Of a stretch of 64,000 nucleotides of DNA, positions 1-8,618 are shown piece by piece. The stretch is from Solirubrobacterales bacterium (lineage in GTDB: Bacteria > Actinomycetota > Thermoleophilia > Solirubrobacterales > 70-9). The DNA is taken from positions 54,171 through 118,170 of the forward strand of contig DASTZP010000004.1 in NCBI GenBank assembly GCA_035764245.1, given 5' to 3'. Both the position numbers and the translations under genes were made by a program. Position 1 is the stretch's first letter. Every line of letters starts with the position of its first letter. The notes beneath the pieces are model-generated. The model did not search any database. It worked only from the letters and a program-made list of their open reading frames with translations, and was not told the origin of the DNA.

Positions 1-719
1 ATCGAGTTCGCTTCGACGAGGCGCGAGTTCGGCAGCTCTTCGAGCAGCATCCCGGAGTCGCTGAAGGGGTGCAGCGGGTCGCGCGGGTGGCCGACGACGA
101 GGGTCTTGTGCTCGATCTTCACCCGCTCCTCGCGGTGCGGCGCCGTCTCCCCCAGCAGCAGCCCCTCGAACACGGCTTGGGAGGGGCCGGGGCGCTGCCG
201 CACCCAGTCGAGGCCGATGTCGACCAGGTAGTTGGTCCGCGGGATCGCCCTCGTCACCAGCGAGAGGCCCTCGAAGAAGGGACGGCCGAACTTCAGGCCC
301 AGCAGCACGGGCGCGAAGAGGCCGGCGACGGCGGAGAGGGCGTTGTCCAGCACCGGCATCTCGATGAAGAGCGCCCGCGCCCGGTCGGGGTAGCGAACCG
401 CCAGCTCCAGGGCGATGTTCGATCCCAGCGAGGTGCCGCCGACGACGGCGCTCTCCTCCTCGAGGTGGTCCAGGAGGGCGACGACCTGGCGGGCGAAGAG
501 CGGCATCGAGTAGAGCCGCAGGTCCTCGGGCCGGTCCGAGCGCCCGTGGCCGAGCATGTCGACGGTGACGACCCGGTTCCCGCGCTCGGCCAGCTCGGGC
601 CCGAGCCGGTCGAACATGTGGCGGTTCATCAGCAGGCCGTGGACGAGGACGATCAGCCGGTTGCCCGACCCGTACTCGTCGTAACTGATCCGGTGCCCCT
701 CGTAGCGGAACTCTCCCAT
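1..719 (-). CDS. alpha/beta-hydrolase fold protein (3' end runs off the window)
   Basis: Absent from the ORF track because it has no stop in the window. My minus-strand translation from the ATG at 719 reads MGEFRYEGHRISYDEYGSGNRLIVLVHGLLMNRHMFDRLGPELAERGNRVVTVDMLGHGRSD...VVGGTSLGSNIALE. This shows the HG oxyanion motif and a G-x-S-x-G nucleophile elbow. Confidence 0.8.
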   Translation of the reverse strand, partial: MGEFRYEGHRISYDEYGSGNRLIVLVHGLLMNRHMFDRLGPELAERGNRVVTVDMLGHGRSDRPEDLRLYSMPLFARQVVALLDHLEEESAVVGGTSLGSNIALELAVRYPDRARALFIEMPVLDNALSAVAGLFAPVLLGLKFGRPFFEGLSLVTRAIPRTNYLVDIGLDWVRQRPGPSQAVFEGLLLGETAPHREERVKIEHKTLVVGHPRDPLHPFSDSGMLLEELPNSRLVEANS

Positions 720-768
720 CGCCAGATCTTAGTCCCGGGCCGGGAATCCTGGCCGGGTGGCCAGCTCC

Positions 769-2022
769 CTAGGAGGGATCGAGCGCGGTCTTGGGGAGCT
801 CGCGCAGGTGCGGCATCGGCGAGGGGATCAGCCAGAGGAGGCAGAGGAGCGCCCCGGCCGCCGTCACCCACATCGTCGTCTGCAGCCCGATCGCAGCGGC
901 GAGCAGGCCGCCGCCGAGGGCGCCGATCGGGCGCACGCCGTAGTTGACGAGGAGGAAGGCGCCCGAGACGCGCGCCCGCAGGGCGTCCGGGACCGCCGCC
1001 GCGTAGAGAGCGCCGAGCCCGACGTCGAGCAGCATCAGGCCGACGCCGTTGAAGAACTCGGCGACGGCGAGCAGCGGCAGCGCCGAGCCGGGGACGCCCG
1101 CCGCGGCGGGGACGAGTAGGAGCGGCGCCGGCGTGAGGACGAAGCCGACGACCAGCGCCGGGCCGAGCCCGATCCGGCGGTTGAGGCGGCCGGTGAGGAG
1201 GATCCCGAGCAGCGCCCCGAGGCCGCCGACCGCCATCACGATCCCCAGCGCGCCCGGCGAGACGCCGAGGCTGCGGGTCGCGTAGAGGACGAACAGCCCG
1301 TAGAAGCCGAAGTTGAAGAGGTTGAGGGTCGCGGCGGCGAGGATCGAGGCGCGGATCAGCGGCGTGCGGGCGATGTAGCGGGCGCCGGCGGCGAGGCCGC
1401 CCTGCCCCTGGTCGCGGTCCGGCTCGGCCTCCTCCCCCTCCGCCCGGCCGACGAAGAAGGCGGAGGCGAGGTAGGAGCAGGCGTCAACGAAGAGCGCGAA
1501 GGGCGCCGTCAGCAGCTGGACCAGGAGGCCGCCGAGGCCGCTGCCGCCAGTGATCGCGACGGCGCGGCTGCCGTTGATCAACGTGCTCGCCTCGACGTAG
1601 TCCTCGCGCTCGACCAGGGAGACGAAGACGACGTTGTAGGCGACGGCGAAGAGGACGCCGAGCGAGCCGCCGGCGAAGGCGACGACGTAGAGCTGGGCGA
1701 GGGTGAGGGCGCCGAGCAGCGCCGCCAGCGGGATCGTCAGCAACAGCGCCGCCCGGCCGAGGTCGGCGAAGACCATCAGCGCCCGGCGGCGGTCGCGGCG
1801 GTCGGCCCAGGCACCGAGGTGGATCGAGAAGAGCAGGTTCGGCGCCAGCGCCGCCGCGCTGAGGAGGCCGACCTCGGCGGGACCGGCGTCGAGCTCGAGG
1901 ACCGCCAGCAGGGGCAGCGCCAGGAGCGTGATCTCGTCGCCGAAGACGGAGATCGTCTGCCCGGTCCAGAAGTCGCGGAAGGACCGGTTGGACCGCAGGA
2001 GCGGCGGCAGCCTCCGCCGCAC
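769..2022 (-). CDS. MFS transporter
   Basis: C-terminal 417 aa of track ORF 769..2349. It has multiple hydrophobic helices (FWTGQTISVFGDEITLLALPLLAV..., 12-TM-like). A GTG at 2022 (VRRRLPPLLRSNRSFRDFW) lies 3 nt after the upstream arsR-like stop. The upstream 109 codons are Arg/Gly-rich overlap with the regulator gene. Confidence 0.8.
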   Translation of the reverse strand: MRRRLPPLLRSNRSFRDFWTGQTISVFGDEITLLALPLLAVLELDAGPAEVGLLSAAALAPNLLFSIHLGAWADRRDRRRALMVFADLGRAALLLTIPLAALLGALTLAQLYVVAFAGGSLGVLFAVAYNVVFVSLVEREDYVEASTLINGSRAVAITGGSGLGGLLVQLLTAPFALFVDACSYLASAFFVGRAEGEEAEPDRDQGQGGLAAGARYIARTPLIRASILAAATLNLFNFGFYGLFVLYATRSLGVSPGALGIVMAVGGLGALLGILLTGRLNRRIGLGPALVVGFVLTPAPLLLVPAAAGVPGSALPLLAVAEFFNGVGLMLLDVGLGALYAAAVPDALRARVSGAFLLVNYGVRPIGALGGGLLAAAIGLQTTMWVTAAGALLCLLWLIPSPMPHLRELPKTALDPS

Positions 2023-2024
2023 GG

Positions 2025-2618
2025 TCAGTCCCCCCCTGGCTCGGCGAGCGGGAAGGCGAGGGCGATGACGCTGACTGGCCGCGAGCCCTCCTCGCGCGGG
2101 GCCCGGTCTTCGAGGCGCTGCAGGAAAGGCTCGAAGAGCTCGCGGATCCGGGCCTCGACCTCGCGCATCTCCTCGACGGTCATGTAGACGAGCGCGTCGC
2201 CGAAGAGCGCCGCCTCGGCCCACTCCGGCGGTTCGGAGGGCTGGCGCTCGAGCCACTCGATCGCGCTCTCGAAGTAGCGCTCGACGACGACCCGCGAGAG
2301 CATCTCCCCAGCCGCCCTCGTCTCCTCGCTCTCGCCGAGGACCGGCCACTCGGTGGAGATCGCGGTCGCCCGCCAGGGGCGTTCGCGGCCACGGCCGCCG
2401 CCCGCCTCCTCGACCAGCCCGTACTTCGCCAGCTGGCGCAGGTGGAAGGAACAGCTGGAGGGGCTCTCGCCGATCCGCTCCGCCGCCTGGGTCGCGGTCA
2501 GCGGCCCGCCCCGACGCAGCAGCCCGATCAGCTCGAGCCGGGTCGGGTGCGCCATCGCCCGCAGCGCCCGCGGGTCGGTCAGCTCGATCGTGCGCTTCTC
2601 GACGTCTTTCCCAGCCAT
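2025..2618 (-). CDS. ArsR/SmtB-type winged-helix transcriptional regulator with C-terminal extension
   Basis: The sequence LTDPRALRAMAHPTRLELIGLLRRGGPLTATQAAERIGESPSSCSFHLRQLAKYGLVEE is a typical ArsR HTH. The gene is same-strand and tightly coupled to the MFS gene. Confidence 0.8.
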   Translation of the reverse strand: MAGKDVEKRTIELTDPRALRAMAHPTRLELIGLLRRGGPLTATQAAERIGESPSSCSFHLRQLAKYGLVEEAGGGRGRERPWRATAISTEWPVLGESEETRAAGEMLSRVVVERYFESAIEWLERQPSEPPEWAEAALFGDALVYMTVEEMREVEARIRELFEPFLQRLEDRAPREEGSRPVSVIALAFPLAEPGGD

Positions 2619-2620
2619 CC

Positions 2621-2641
2621 TCGAAAGATAGCTTTCGAAAG
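2621..2641. promoter_or_regulatory. AT-rich overlapping palindromes immediately upstream of the ArsR-type gene (candidate operator)
   Basis: tcgaaag-atag-ctttcga overlaps the self-complementary ctttcgaaag. It begins 3 nt upstream of the ATG at 2618 and is unusually AT-rich for this genome. Confidence 0.3.
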
Positions 2642-2658
2642 ACTTCTTTTCAAGAAAA

Positions 2659-3294
2659 TCAGGGCGGGGTCATCAGCGCGACCGGGACGGAGAGCCCGGC
2701 CTCCCGGCGCAGGGTCGCGATCCGGCGGCCTGGTTGGACCGCGTCGCGGATCTCGCTGACGCGGTCGCCGAGGAAAGCGACGGTCTCCTCCAGGTCCGGC
2801 GCGAGGAAGGCGAGCCCCCAGAAGAACGCCGGCCGGTCCCCCCCGGCCCGGGCGGTCGCCTCCGGCGGCTCCTGCACCACCTCGAGGATCACCGGGCCGA
2901 GCCGGAAGAACGCCTGCCGCGGCGCCCCCGCCGGCGTCGGCTCCTCGCGGACCCGGCGCAGGTCGAGCCCGGCGGACTCGAGCGCCGCCACGGTGCGGTC
3001 GAGGTCGGAGGAGATCGCGACGACGTGGTCGAGCCCGGCGACGCCGTTCGGGTGCGCCGGCACTCCGGTCGGCGCGGCGGCGTCGCTTCGGCTCGTCGCC
3101 AGCCCGTCGAGGTCGAGCGACCCGGCCCCGCGCAGCGACCACCCTGCGAGCCCGCGCCCCTCTCCCTCGCCCACGAAGCGAACCCGCGTATCCCCGACGA
3201 CGCAGACGCCGTCCTCGACCGCGAACCCACAGGCTTCCCAGGCCTCCGGCGAATCCGCCACCCTCAGCTCGTCAATCGTCACCGCCACGCCCAC
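2659..3294 (-). CDS. glyoxalase/VOC-like domain protein
   Basis: 211-aa ORF with coding-like composition. LDHVVAISSDLDRTVAALESAGLDLRRV and FFRLGPVILEVV resemble the glyoxalase-like (VOC) fold. Same strand as arsR-MFS, so a possible operon. Confidence 0.55.
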   Translation of the reverse strand: MGVAVTIDELRVADSPEAWEACGFAVEDGVCVVGDTRVRFVGEGEGRGLAGWSLRGAGSLDLDGLATSRSDAAAPTGVPAHPNGVAGLDHVVAISSDLDRTVAALESAGLDLRRVREEPTPAGAPRQAFFRLGPVILEVVQEPPEATARAGGDRPAFFWGLAFLAPDLEETVAFLGDRVSEIRDAVQPGRRIATLRREAGLSVPVALMTPP

Positions 3295-3305
3295 ACCCTA
3301 GGGGC

Positions 3306-3345
3306 GTGTCGACTTTGTGGTCCTATGGGGACACAAAAGCGACAC
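3306..3345. promoter_or_regulatory. imperfect inverted repeat upstream of the VOC-like gene (candidate operator)
   Basis: gtgtcgactttgtg - 12 nt - cacaaaagcgacac. 12 of 14 arm positions are complementary. It starts 12 nt upstream of the GTG start at 3294. Confidence 0.25.
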
Positions 3346-3399
3346 TGGGAACCTTGTCCATGAGCGGCAGCGGCTTCAGCGCTTCGTCGAAGCTCAAGA

Positions 3400-5424
3400 T
3401 CAAGGCGACGCGGCAACCTCGGGCTGGCTCTGATCCAGAGTCGGCACCACCTTCTCGGCGAAGGTCTTGACCAGCTCGGGGTCGAACTGGGTGCCGGCGC
3501 CGCGGCGCAGCTCCTCGACCGCTTCGGAGCTGCTCATCGGCTGCCGGTACGGGCGGCCTTCTGTCATCGCGTTGTAGGCGTCGCAGATGAGGATCGCGCG
3601 TGCGCCGAGGGGGATGTCGCGGCCGGCGAGCCCGTCGGGGTATCCCTTGCCGTCCCAGCGCTCGTGGGTCGAGCGGACCAGCTTCGCCACCGGCCCCAGG
3701 GCCGGGGCAGCTTCCAGCACCCGCTCGCCGATCTTCGGGTGCTTGCGCATCAGCGCCCACTCCTCCTCGGTCAGCTCGCCGTTCTTGTGGAGGATCTCGT
3801 CGGGGATCGCGATCTTGCCGACGTCGTGCAGCTCGGCGGCGCGGCCGAGGACGTCGACCTCCTCCGCGTCGAGGGCGATCTGTCGCCCGAACAGCGAGGC
3901 CAGCCGCGCGACCCCGTCGAGGTGGCGCTCCAGCTCCGGCTCGCGCTCGTGGAGGACGCGCAGGAGGACGCCGCGGGTCTGGCTGCGGGCTGAATCGGCC
4001 CGGCGACCCTTTTTCGCGTACATGCGGCGGTCGGCGAGGCGCAGCGCGTCGGTCGGGGTGACGACCTCGACCGGGATCAGCACCTTGCCCCAGGAGGCGC
4101 CGATCGAGAAGCCGGTGCCGCGGTCGGAGAGCGCCTCCTCGGCCGCCTCGCAGATCGCGTCCGCGGGCAGCCCCCGGGTCGGGGCGAGGACGCAGAACTC
4201 GTCGCCGCCGAGCCGGTAGCCGCGCCCGTGCGGGGCCACCGAGGCGGCCAGCTGCTTGCCGAGGCGCCGCAGCAGGTCGTCGCCGGCGGGGTGGCCGAAG
4301 GTGTCGTTGTAGGCCTTGAAGCCGTCGAGGTCGTAGAGCGCGAGCACCGTCGCTTCCGGTGGACTGGCGGCGGCGACGCGCTCGAGATCGGCCATCAGCG
4401 CCCGGCGGTTGGCGAGCCCGGTGAGGTCGTCGGTCAGCGCCTCCTCTTCGCTCGCCTCCAGCATGCCCGTGTTCTGGTTGAAGGTGAAGAGGAGGCGGGC
4501 CAGAACGGCGACGAGGCAGGCGGCGCTGAGGACGACGGCGGTGGTGTCGATCGCGGTGAAGCTGCCCGCCACCAGCAGCGAGATCCCGACCGCCGCCATC
4601 GCCAGCGGGACGGCGATGCGGCGGCGGCCGACGGCGGCCGAAGTGGGCTCGGACTCGGTCGCCGGCAGCCAGGAGGCGAGCGCGAGCAGGAGGAAGGCGA
4701 GCGGCCAGCCGACGCTCGCCGCGTTGAGGCCGGTGGTCGACTGGCCGGCGGCGGAGAGGTAGACGACGTCGCAGGCGGCGAAGAGCAGCAGCGCGACGGC
4801 GATCAGCAGCAGGGTCCCGGAGGAGCGCCCGCGCGAGAGCACGAAGGCGCCGCTCAGCAGCCCGAGCAGGACGAGGTCCATGCAGGGGTAGGCGAGGCTG
4901 ACGGCGACGCCCAGCGGGCTGCCGCCGAGCGCTTCGGAGACGGTCGGGAAGACCAGGGCGGCGGCGACCGCGGCGACGGCCAGGGCGCCGATCAGCGCGT
5001 CGACCCAGGCGAGCGGGTCAAGGCCGGCGACGCGCGCCCGCAGCAGCAGGGCGAGGGCGACGAAGCTGGCCGGGTAGAAGGCGAGGAAGAGGACGTCGGC
5101 GGGCGAGGGGAACGGCGCCGGTTCGGCATAGTAGAGGACGACCGAGTAGTAGGTCTGGCCCAGCGCCCAGACCAGCATCCCCGCCCCCAGCGCCAGCCAG
5201 GCCCGCCGCTCGGCCGGCATCGCCAGCGCCCGCCAGAGGACGACCGCCGCCGCCCCGAGGACGATCGCGTCATAGACCCAGCGCCCGGCGAAAGTCTGCA
5301 GGCCTTCGCCGCCCCGTTCTCCGACCACGACGACGCCGTAGAAGACGAGCAGCGCCGCGAGCAGAACGAGCGCGCCGAAGGCGGCTAACCGCGAGCGATC
5401 AGACCACTTAGACGATTTGTCCAC
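3400..5424 (-). CDS. membrane-bound GGDEF diguanylate cyclase fused to an HD-GYP phosphodiesterase domain
   Basis: About 300 aa of N-terminal TM helices. Literal GGDEF (YRLGGDEFCVLAP) with LTGLANRR upstream. HD-GYP motifs HDVGKIAIPD and HERWDGKGYPDGL. Confidence 0.9.
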   Translation of the reverse strand: MDKSSKWSDRSRLAAFGALVLLAALLVFYGVVVVGERGGEGLQTFAGRWVYDAIVLGAAAVVLWRALAMPAERRAWLALGAGMLVWALGQTYYSVVLYYAEPAPFPSPADVLFLAFYPASFVALALLLRARVAGLDPLAWVDALIGALAVAAVAAALVFPTVSEALGGSPLGVAVSLAYPCMDLVLLGLLSGAFVLSRGRSSGTLLLIAVALLLFAACDVVYLSAAGQSTTGLNAASVGWPLAFLLLALASWLPATESEPTSAAVGRRRIAVPLAMAAVGISLLVAGSFTAIDTTAVVLSAACLVAVLARLLFTFNQNTGMLEASEEEALTDDLTGLANRRALMADLERVAAASPPEATVLALYDLDGFKAYNDTFGHPAGDDLLRRLGKQLAASVAPHGRGYRLGGDEFCVLAPTRGLPADAICEAAEEALSDRGTGFSIGASWGKVLIPVEVVTPTDALRLADRRMYAKKGRRADSARSQTRGVLLRVLHEREPELERHLDGVARLASLFGRQIALDAEEVDVLGRAAELHDVGKIAIPDEILHKNGELTEEEWALMRKHPKIGERVLEAAPALGPVAKLVRSTHERWDGKGYPDGLAGRDIPLGARAILICDAYNAMTEGRPYRQPMSSSEAVEELRRGAGTQFDPELVKTFAEKVVPTLDQSQPEVAASP

Positions 5425-5477
5425 CCTGGAGACATCGGCGGTTCCCGGCTGCGACTTGAGCCATACGATGCGCCGCC

Positions 5478-5830
5478 ATGCCGTTCCTCTTCTTCGCCGG
5501 CGTAGCCCTCCTCGGCGCCGCCGTCCAGCTCCACCGCGAGCGGCCCGATGACCGCGCCCGGGCGCTGGAAATCCTCCTCGTCTGGCGGTCGGGATCCTCG
5601 GCCTCCTCTGCGCTCGCTTCCGCGACGGCTTCCTGCTCGCAGCCGTAATCGCGGTCTCCGTCTGTTACCTCGGCGACGCCTACGGCCACCTCCACCAGGC
5701 GGCGGTCCACGACAACCATGACCCCGACAACACCGGCCTCCTCCTCTGGGCCGACTTCATCGTGCCGCTGGTCGCGATCGGCCTCTACGCGGCGAGCCGG
5801 TCGCGCCGGCTCAGAGCGGCTCCCCGCTGA
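5478..5830 (+). pseudogene. small membrane protein with an apparent frameshift (or sequencing error)
   Basis: The ATG at 5478 opens MPFLFFAGVALLGAAVQLHRERPDDRARALEILLVW. Near 5583-5590 the hydrophobic reading continues in another frame as LAVGILGLLCARFRDGFLLAAVIAVSVCYLGD...LLLWADFIVPLVAIGLYAASRSRR, ending at TGA 5828-5830. Neither piece alone is in the track. Confidence 0.35.
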
Positions 5831-6542
5831 TCACCGAGCGCGGCGCTTCGGCGACGACGTCGCTGCCGGGACGGGCGAGCTCGTCCTTGCGCTTGATCAG
5901 GAGCCACTGGGGCTTCTCGCCGCCGCGGGTGCGCTGCAGGGCGAAGCCGCCCTTGAGCTTCTCGCCGTGGAGGACGAAGACGGCGTGCCCCCGCTCCAGC
6001 GCCTCGGGCCAGGGCACCCGCCCGCCCTGCTCATAGCCGCCGCGGTCCCAGACGATCACCTTGCCGCCGTCGACCTCGCCCTCGAAGTCGTTGTAGGAGA
6101 GCGAGTGGTCCTCGACCTCGATCGCCAGCCGCTTCACGGCCGGATCCATCGACGGGCCCTTCGGCACCGCCCAGGAGCGCATCGCGCCGTCGACCTCTAG
6201 CCGCAGGTCGAAGTGGTGCGCGGTCGCCCGGTGCTCCTGGACGACGAAGGCGCCGGCGCTGACGCCGCGGACCGCGAACTGCTCGTGGCCCTCGACCTTG
6301 ACCGCCTCGGTCTCGACCGCCTCCACTGCGGCGCCGGGCGGGCCTTCGCCGAGGAACCCGACCAGCCCCTCGACCGCGGCGGCCGGCCCCTCGACATGGG
6401 CGAGCACGGACCCGTCGTCGGCGTTGCGCACCCAGCCCACCGCGCCCAGCTCGGTCGCCCTGCGGACCGTCGCTTCGCGAAACCCGACTCCCTGCACGCG
6501 TCCCTCGACGCGCACCCTCGTCGCGGCCTTCTCCTCGCTCAC
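5811..6542 (-). CDS. acylphosphatase domain fused to a LigD-type 3'-phosphoesterase (PE) domain
   Basis: The N-terminal VRVEGRVQGVGFREATVRRATELGAVGWVRNADDGSVLAHVEG is acylphosphatase-like. The C-terminal FVVQEHRATAHHFDLRLE, WAVPKGPS, KRLAIEVEDHSLSYNDFEG, VWDRGGY and HGEKLKGGFALQR match the LigD phosphoesterase module. I prefer the GTG start at 6542 over the track start at 6617. Confidence 0.8.
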   Translation of the reverse strand: MSEEKAATRVRVEGRVQGVGFREATVRRATELGAVGWVRNADDGSVLAHVEGPAAAVEGLVGFLGEGPPGAAVEAVETEAVKVEGHEQFAVRGVSAGAFVVQEHRATAHHFDLRLEVDGAMRSWAVPKGPSMDPAVKRLAIEVEDHSLSYNDFEGEVDGGKVIVWDRGGYEQGGRVPWPEALERGHAVFVLHGEKLKGGFALQRTRGGEKPQWLLIKRKDELARPGSDVVAEAPRSVISGEPL

Positions 6543-6741
6543 GCGTCGAGCCCGTCGCTCGCGGTTAAGCCGCGGCAGCCGGGGGTTGCCTGCGGGCACA
6601 TTGAGCCATTGAACCACCGGCGCATGCCAGGGAAATTCCCGATCGTTCGACTAGCCCGTCCAGTACCTCGACTCTTCGCGCTACTCGACGAATTCCTCGC
6701 CCTCAGCCATGCCGGGAAGATAGTGTGGTCCAATCGAAGGA

Positions 6742-7788
6742 TTGGACGCCAGTCAGGCGATCGATAGCGCCGCCGAGCGGCTGCGATCGGCCCCACGCGA
6801 GCAGTGGCTCGAGATCTTCGCCGAGGCGGCGCGCCATCTCGACCGGGAAGAGCGCGACCAGTACGAGCTCCACGCCACCAGTCTCGCGACGGCCCATGAC
6901 GACGTCCCGGAGTTCGCCCGTTCGGTCCTGGCCCGGCCTGACGAGGCGGACGAGGACACCCGCTTCCTGGTCTTCGCCGCCGGCGCGATCGCCTGCCGCC
7001 GGGCCGAACACCGGCGGGCGGGCGAGGAGCTGCTGGGCATGGTCAGGGGACAGTTCGAGCGCCTGCCCCTCTTCAAGCACTTCGACGCGCTCGCGCTCGA
7101 GGGCGGGAGCAAGCGCCAGCTGAGACGGGGCCTCGCCCTCGAGCGCGAGGTGGTGAGCCAGGGCGAAGGCCGGCTCCACGCCGGCGGGGCGCACCTGATC
7201 GCGCGCTTCATCCTGCAGCTGAGCGAATGTGACGAAACCATCGGCGAAACCGAGTTCGAGGAAGCGCTCGACTGGGTGAACGACGCGATCGAGTGCCGCG
7301 GCCCCTACGCCAAGTTCTTTGCCACCCGCGCCGGCGTCTACATGCACCTGGGCCGTTTCGACGAGGCTCGGGACGATCTGGTGGAAGCGATCCGCCTCGA
7401 GGACCGGGTGTCGGTGGACGCCCGGGAACGGATCGCCGAATACAAGTTCGAACGCCGGATGATCGAGATGCACCGCACCCTTCGCTCGGTGACCAGACAG
7501 GCAAAGTCCCTCGAGGCCCGCTCCCAGAAGACGGCCGAGCGGCTGCGCGGAGCCGAACTCTCGGTGCTCAGCGCGGTCGCCTTTATCGCCGCGATCCTCT
7601 CCCTGATCCAGATCACCCTGAACAACATCGACGGCCGCCCGCTCGGCGAGAGTCTGATCGTCGTGGGAAGCTTCGCGCTGATCCTCTTCGGAGCAGTCGC
7701 CTTCGGGTCCTGGCTGCTGCGCAGGCCCTGGGATCAGATCTCCGAATCCGCACCGAGTGAGCCACCCGCAGACACCCGCCGACGTTGA
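6742..7788 (+). CDS. hypothetical all-alpha (TPR-like) protein with coiled-coil and a C-terminal two-TM hairpin
   Basis: GC3-rich coding frame. TPR-like unit YAKFFATRAGVYMHLGRFDEARDDLVEAIRLE. Charged helix ERIAEYKFERRMIEMHRTLRSVTRQAKSLEARSQKTAERL. Two hydrophobic helices follow: LSVLSAVAFIAAILSLIQITL and LIVVGSFALILFGAVAFGSWLL. Confidence 0.6.
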   Translation: MDASQAIDSAAERLRSAPREQWLEIFAEAARHLDREERDQYELHATSLATAHDDVPEFARSVLARPDEADEDTRFLVFAAGAIACRRAEHRRAGEELLGMVRGQFERLPLFKHFDALALEGGSKRQLRRGLALEREVVSQGEGRLHAGGAHLIARFILQLSECDETIGETEFEEALDWVNDAIECRGPYAKFFATRAGVYMHLGRFDEARDDLVEAIRLEDRVSVDARERIAEYKFERRMIEMHRTLRSVTRQAKSLEARSQKTAERLRGAELSVLSAVAFIAAILSLIQITLNNIDGRPLGESLIVVGSFALILFGAVAFGSWLLRRPWDQISESAPSEPPADTRRR

Positions 7789-8602
7789 CGCCGACCTCGG
7801 CGGCATCCACTTCCAGGGCGAGCTGCTGCGCCTCCCGGCTGAGGGCAAGGACCAGGATGCCGCCCTGGTCGGCGACGGCTTCGTCGGCCTCGCCGACGGC
7901 TCCACGCCCCTGCTGGAGTCGGGCGAGATCGACGCCCTCGCCTACGCCCAGGGAGCGCTCGAGCGCCTGCGCCGACACAGCGCGCTGACGCCCGAGGGGA
8001 TGTTCCGGGAGGCTCTGGCGGCAGCCGAGCCCCCGCGGGAGCCGATCGCCCACCGTCCCTCCTGCACCGTCGTCGCCCTCACCGCCGGCCGGGAGTACCT
8101 GCTCTGCTCCTTGCTCGGGGACTGCCTCGCCGTGGTCCGGCGCCGCGACGGTCGCTGCGTGGTCGCCTGGGACCGCCGGCTCGAGCGCTTCGACGGCCCC
8201 GTCGCCGAGAAAATGGCGGGCGACGTCGCCGCGGGGATGTCGCTCGAGGCCGCTCGCGAGGCCGCCGGGCCGCAACTGATCGCCAACCGCAACGAAGCCA
8301 ACGCAGAGGGCACCTACTGGCTCTTCGCGGACGATCCCGCCGCCGCCGACCACCTCTTGGTCACCTCGGTGCCACTGGGGGAGGTGGAGTCGATCCTCCT
8401 CTGCACCGACGGGTTCACCCGCCTGATCGAGCCGCTCGGGATCGCCCGCGACCCGGAGGAGCTGATCCGCCGCGCCGCCGAGGAGGGGCTCGCCGGCCTG
8501 GGCTCGGAGTTGCGCAGCGCCGAGACGGCCCCCGAGAGCTTCACCCGCTATCCGCGCCTCGACGTCTCCGACGACGCGACGGCGGTCCTGCTCCGTCCCT
8601 GA
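7757..8602 (+). CDS. PP2C-family protein phosphatase-like protein
   Basis: PP2C-like blocks are VGLADGSTP, STVVALTAG, LGDCLAVV, LLCTDGFTRL and DDATAVLLRP. The GTG start overlaps the upstream gene by 32 nt. Confidence 0.7.
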   Translation: MSHPQTPADVDADLGGIHFQGELLRLPAEGKDQDAALVGDGFVGLADGSTPLLESGEIDALAYAQGALERLRRHSALTPEGMFREALAAAEPPREPIAHRPSCTVVALTAGREYLLCSLLGDCLAVVRRRDGRCVVAWDRRLERFDGPVAEKMAGDVAAGMSLEAAREAAGPQLIANRNEANAEGTYWLFADDPAAADHLLVTSVPLGEVESILLCTDGFTRLIEPLGIARDPEELIRRAAEEGLAGLGSELRSAETAPESFTRYPRLDVSDDATAVLLRP

Positions 8603-8618
8603 GGCGGGGGAGATTCGC

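Noticed and set aside
6640-6652. The near-palindrome gggaaattccc in the region upstream of the TPR-like gene.
   Set aside because: - It is not truly self-complementary (aaatt versus aattt).
- It is a single copy and too short to interpret.
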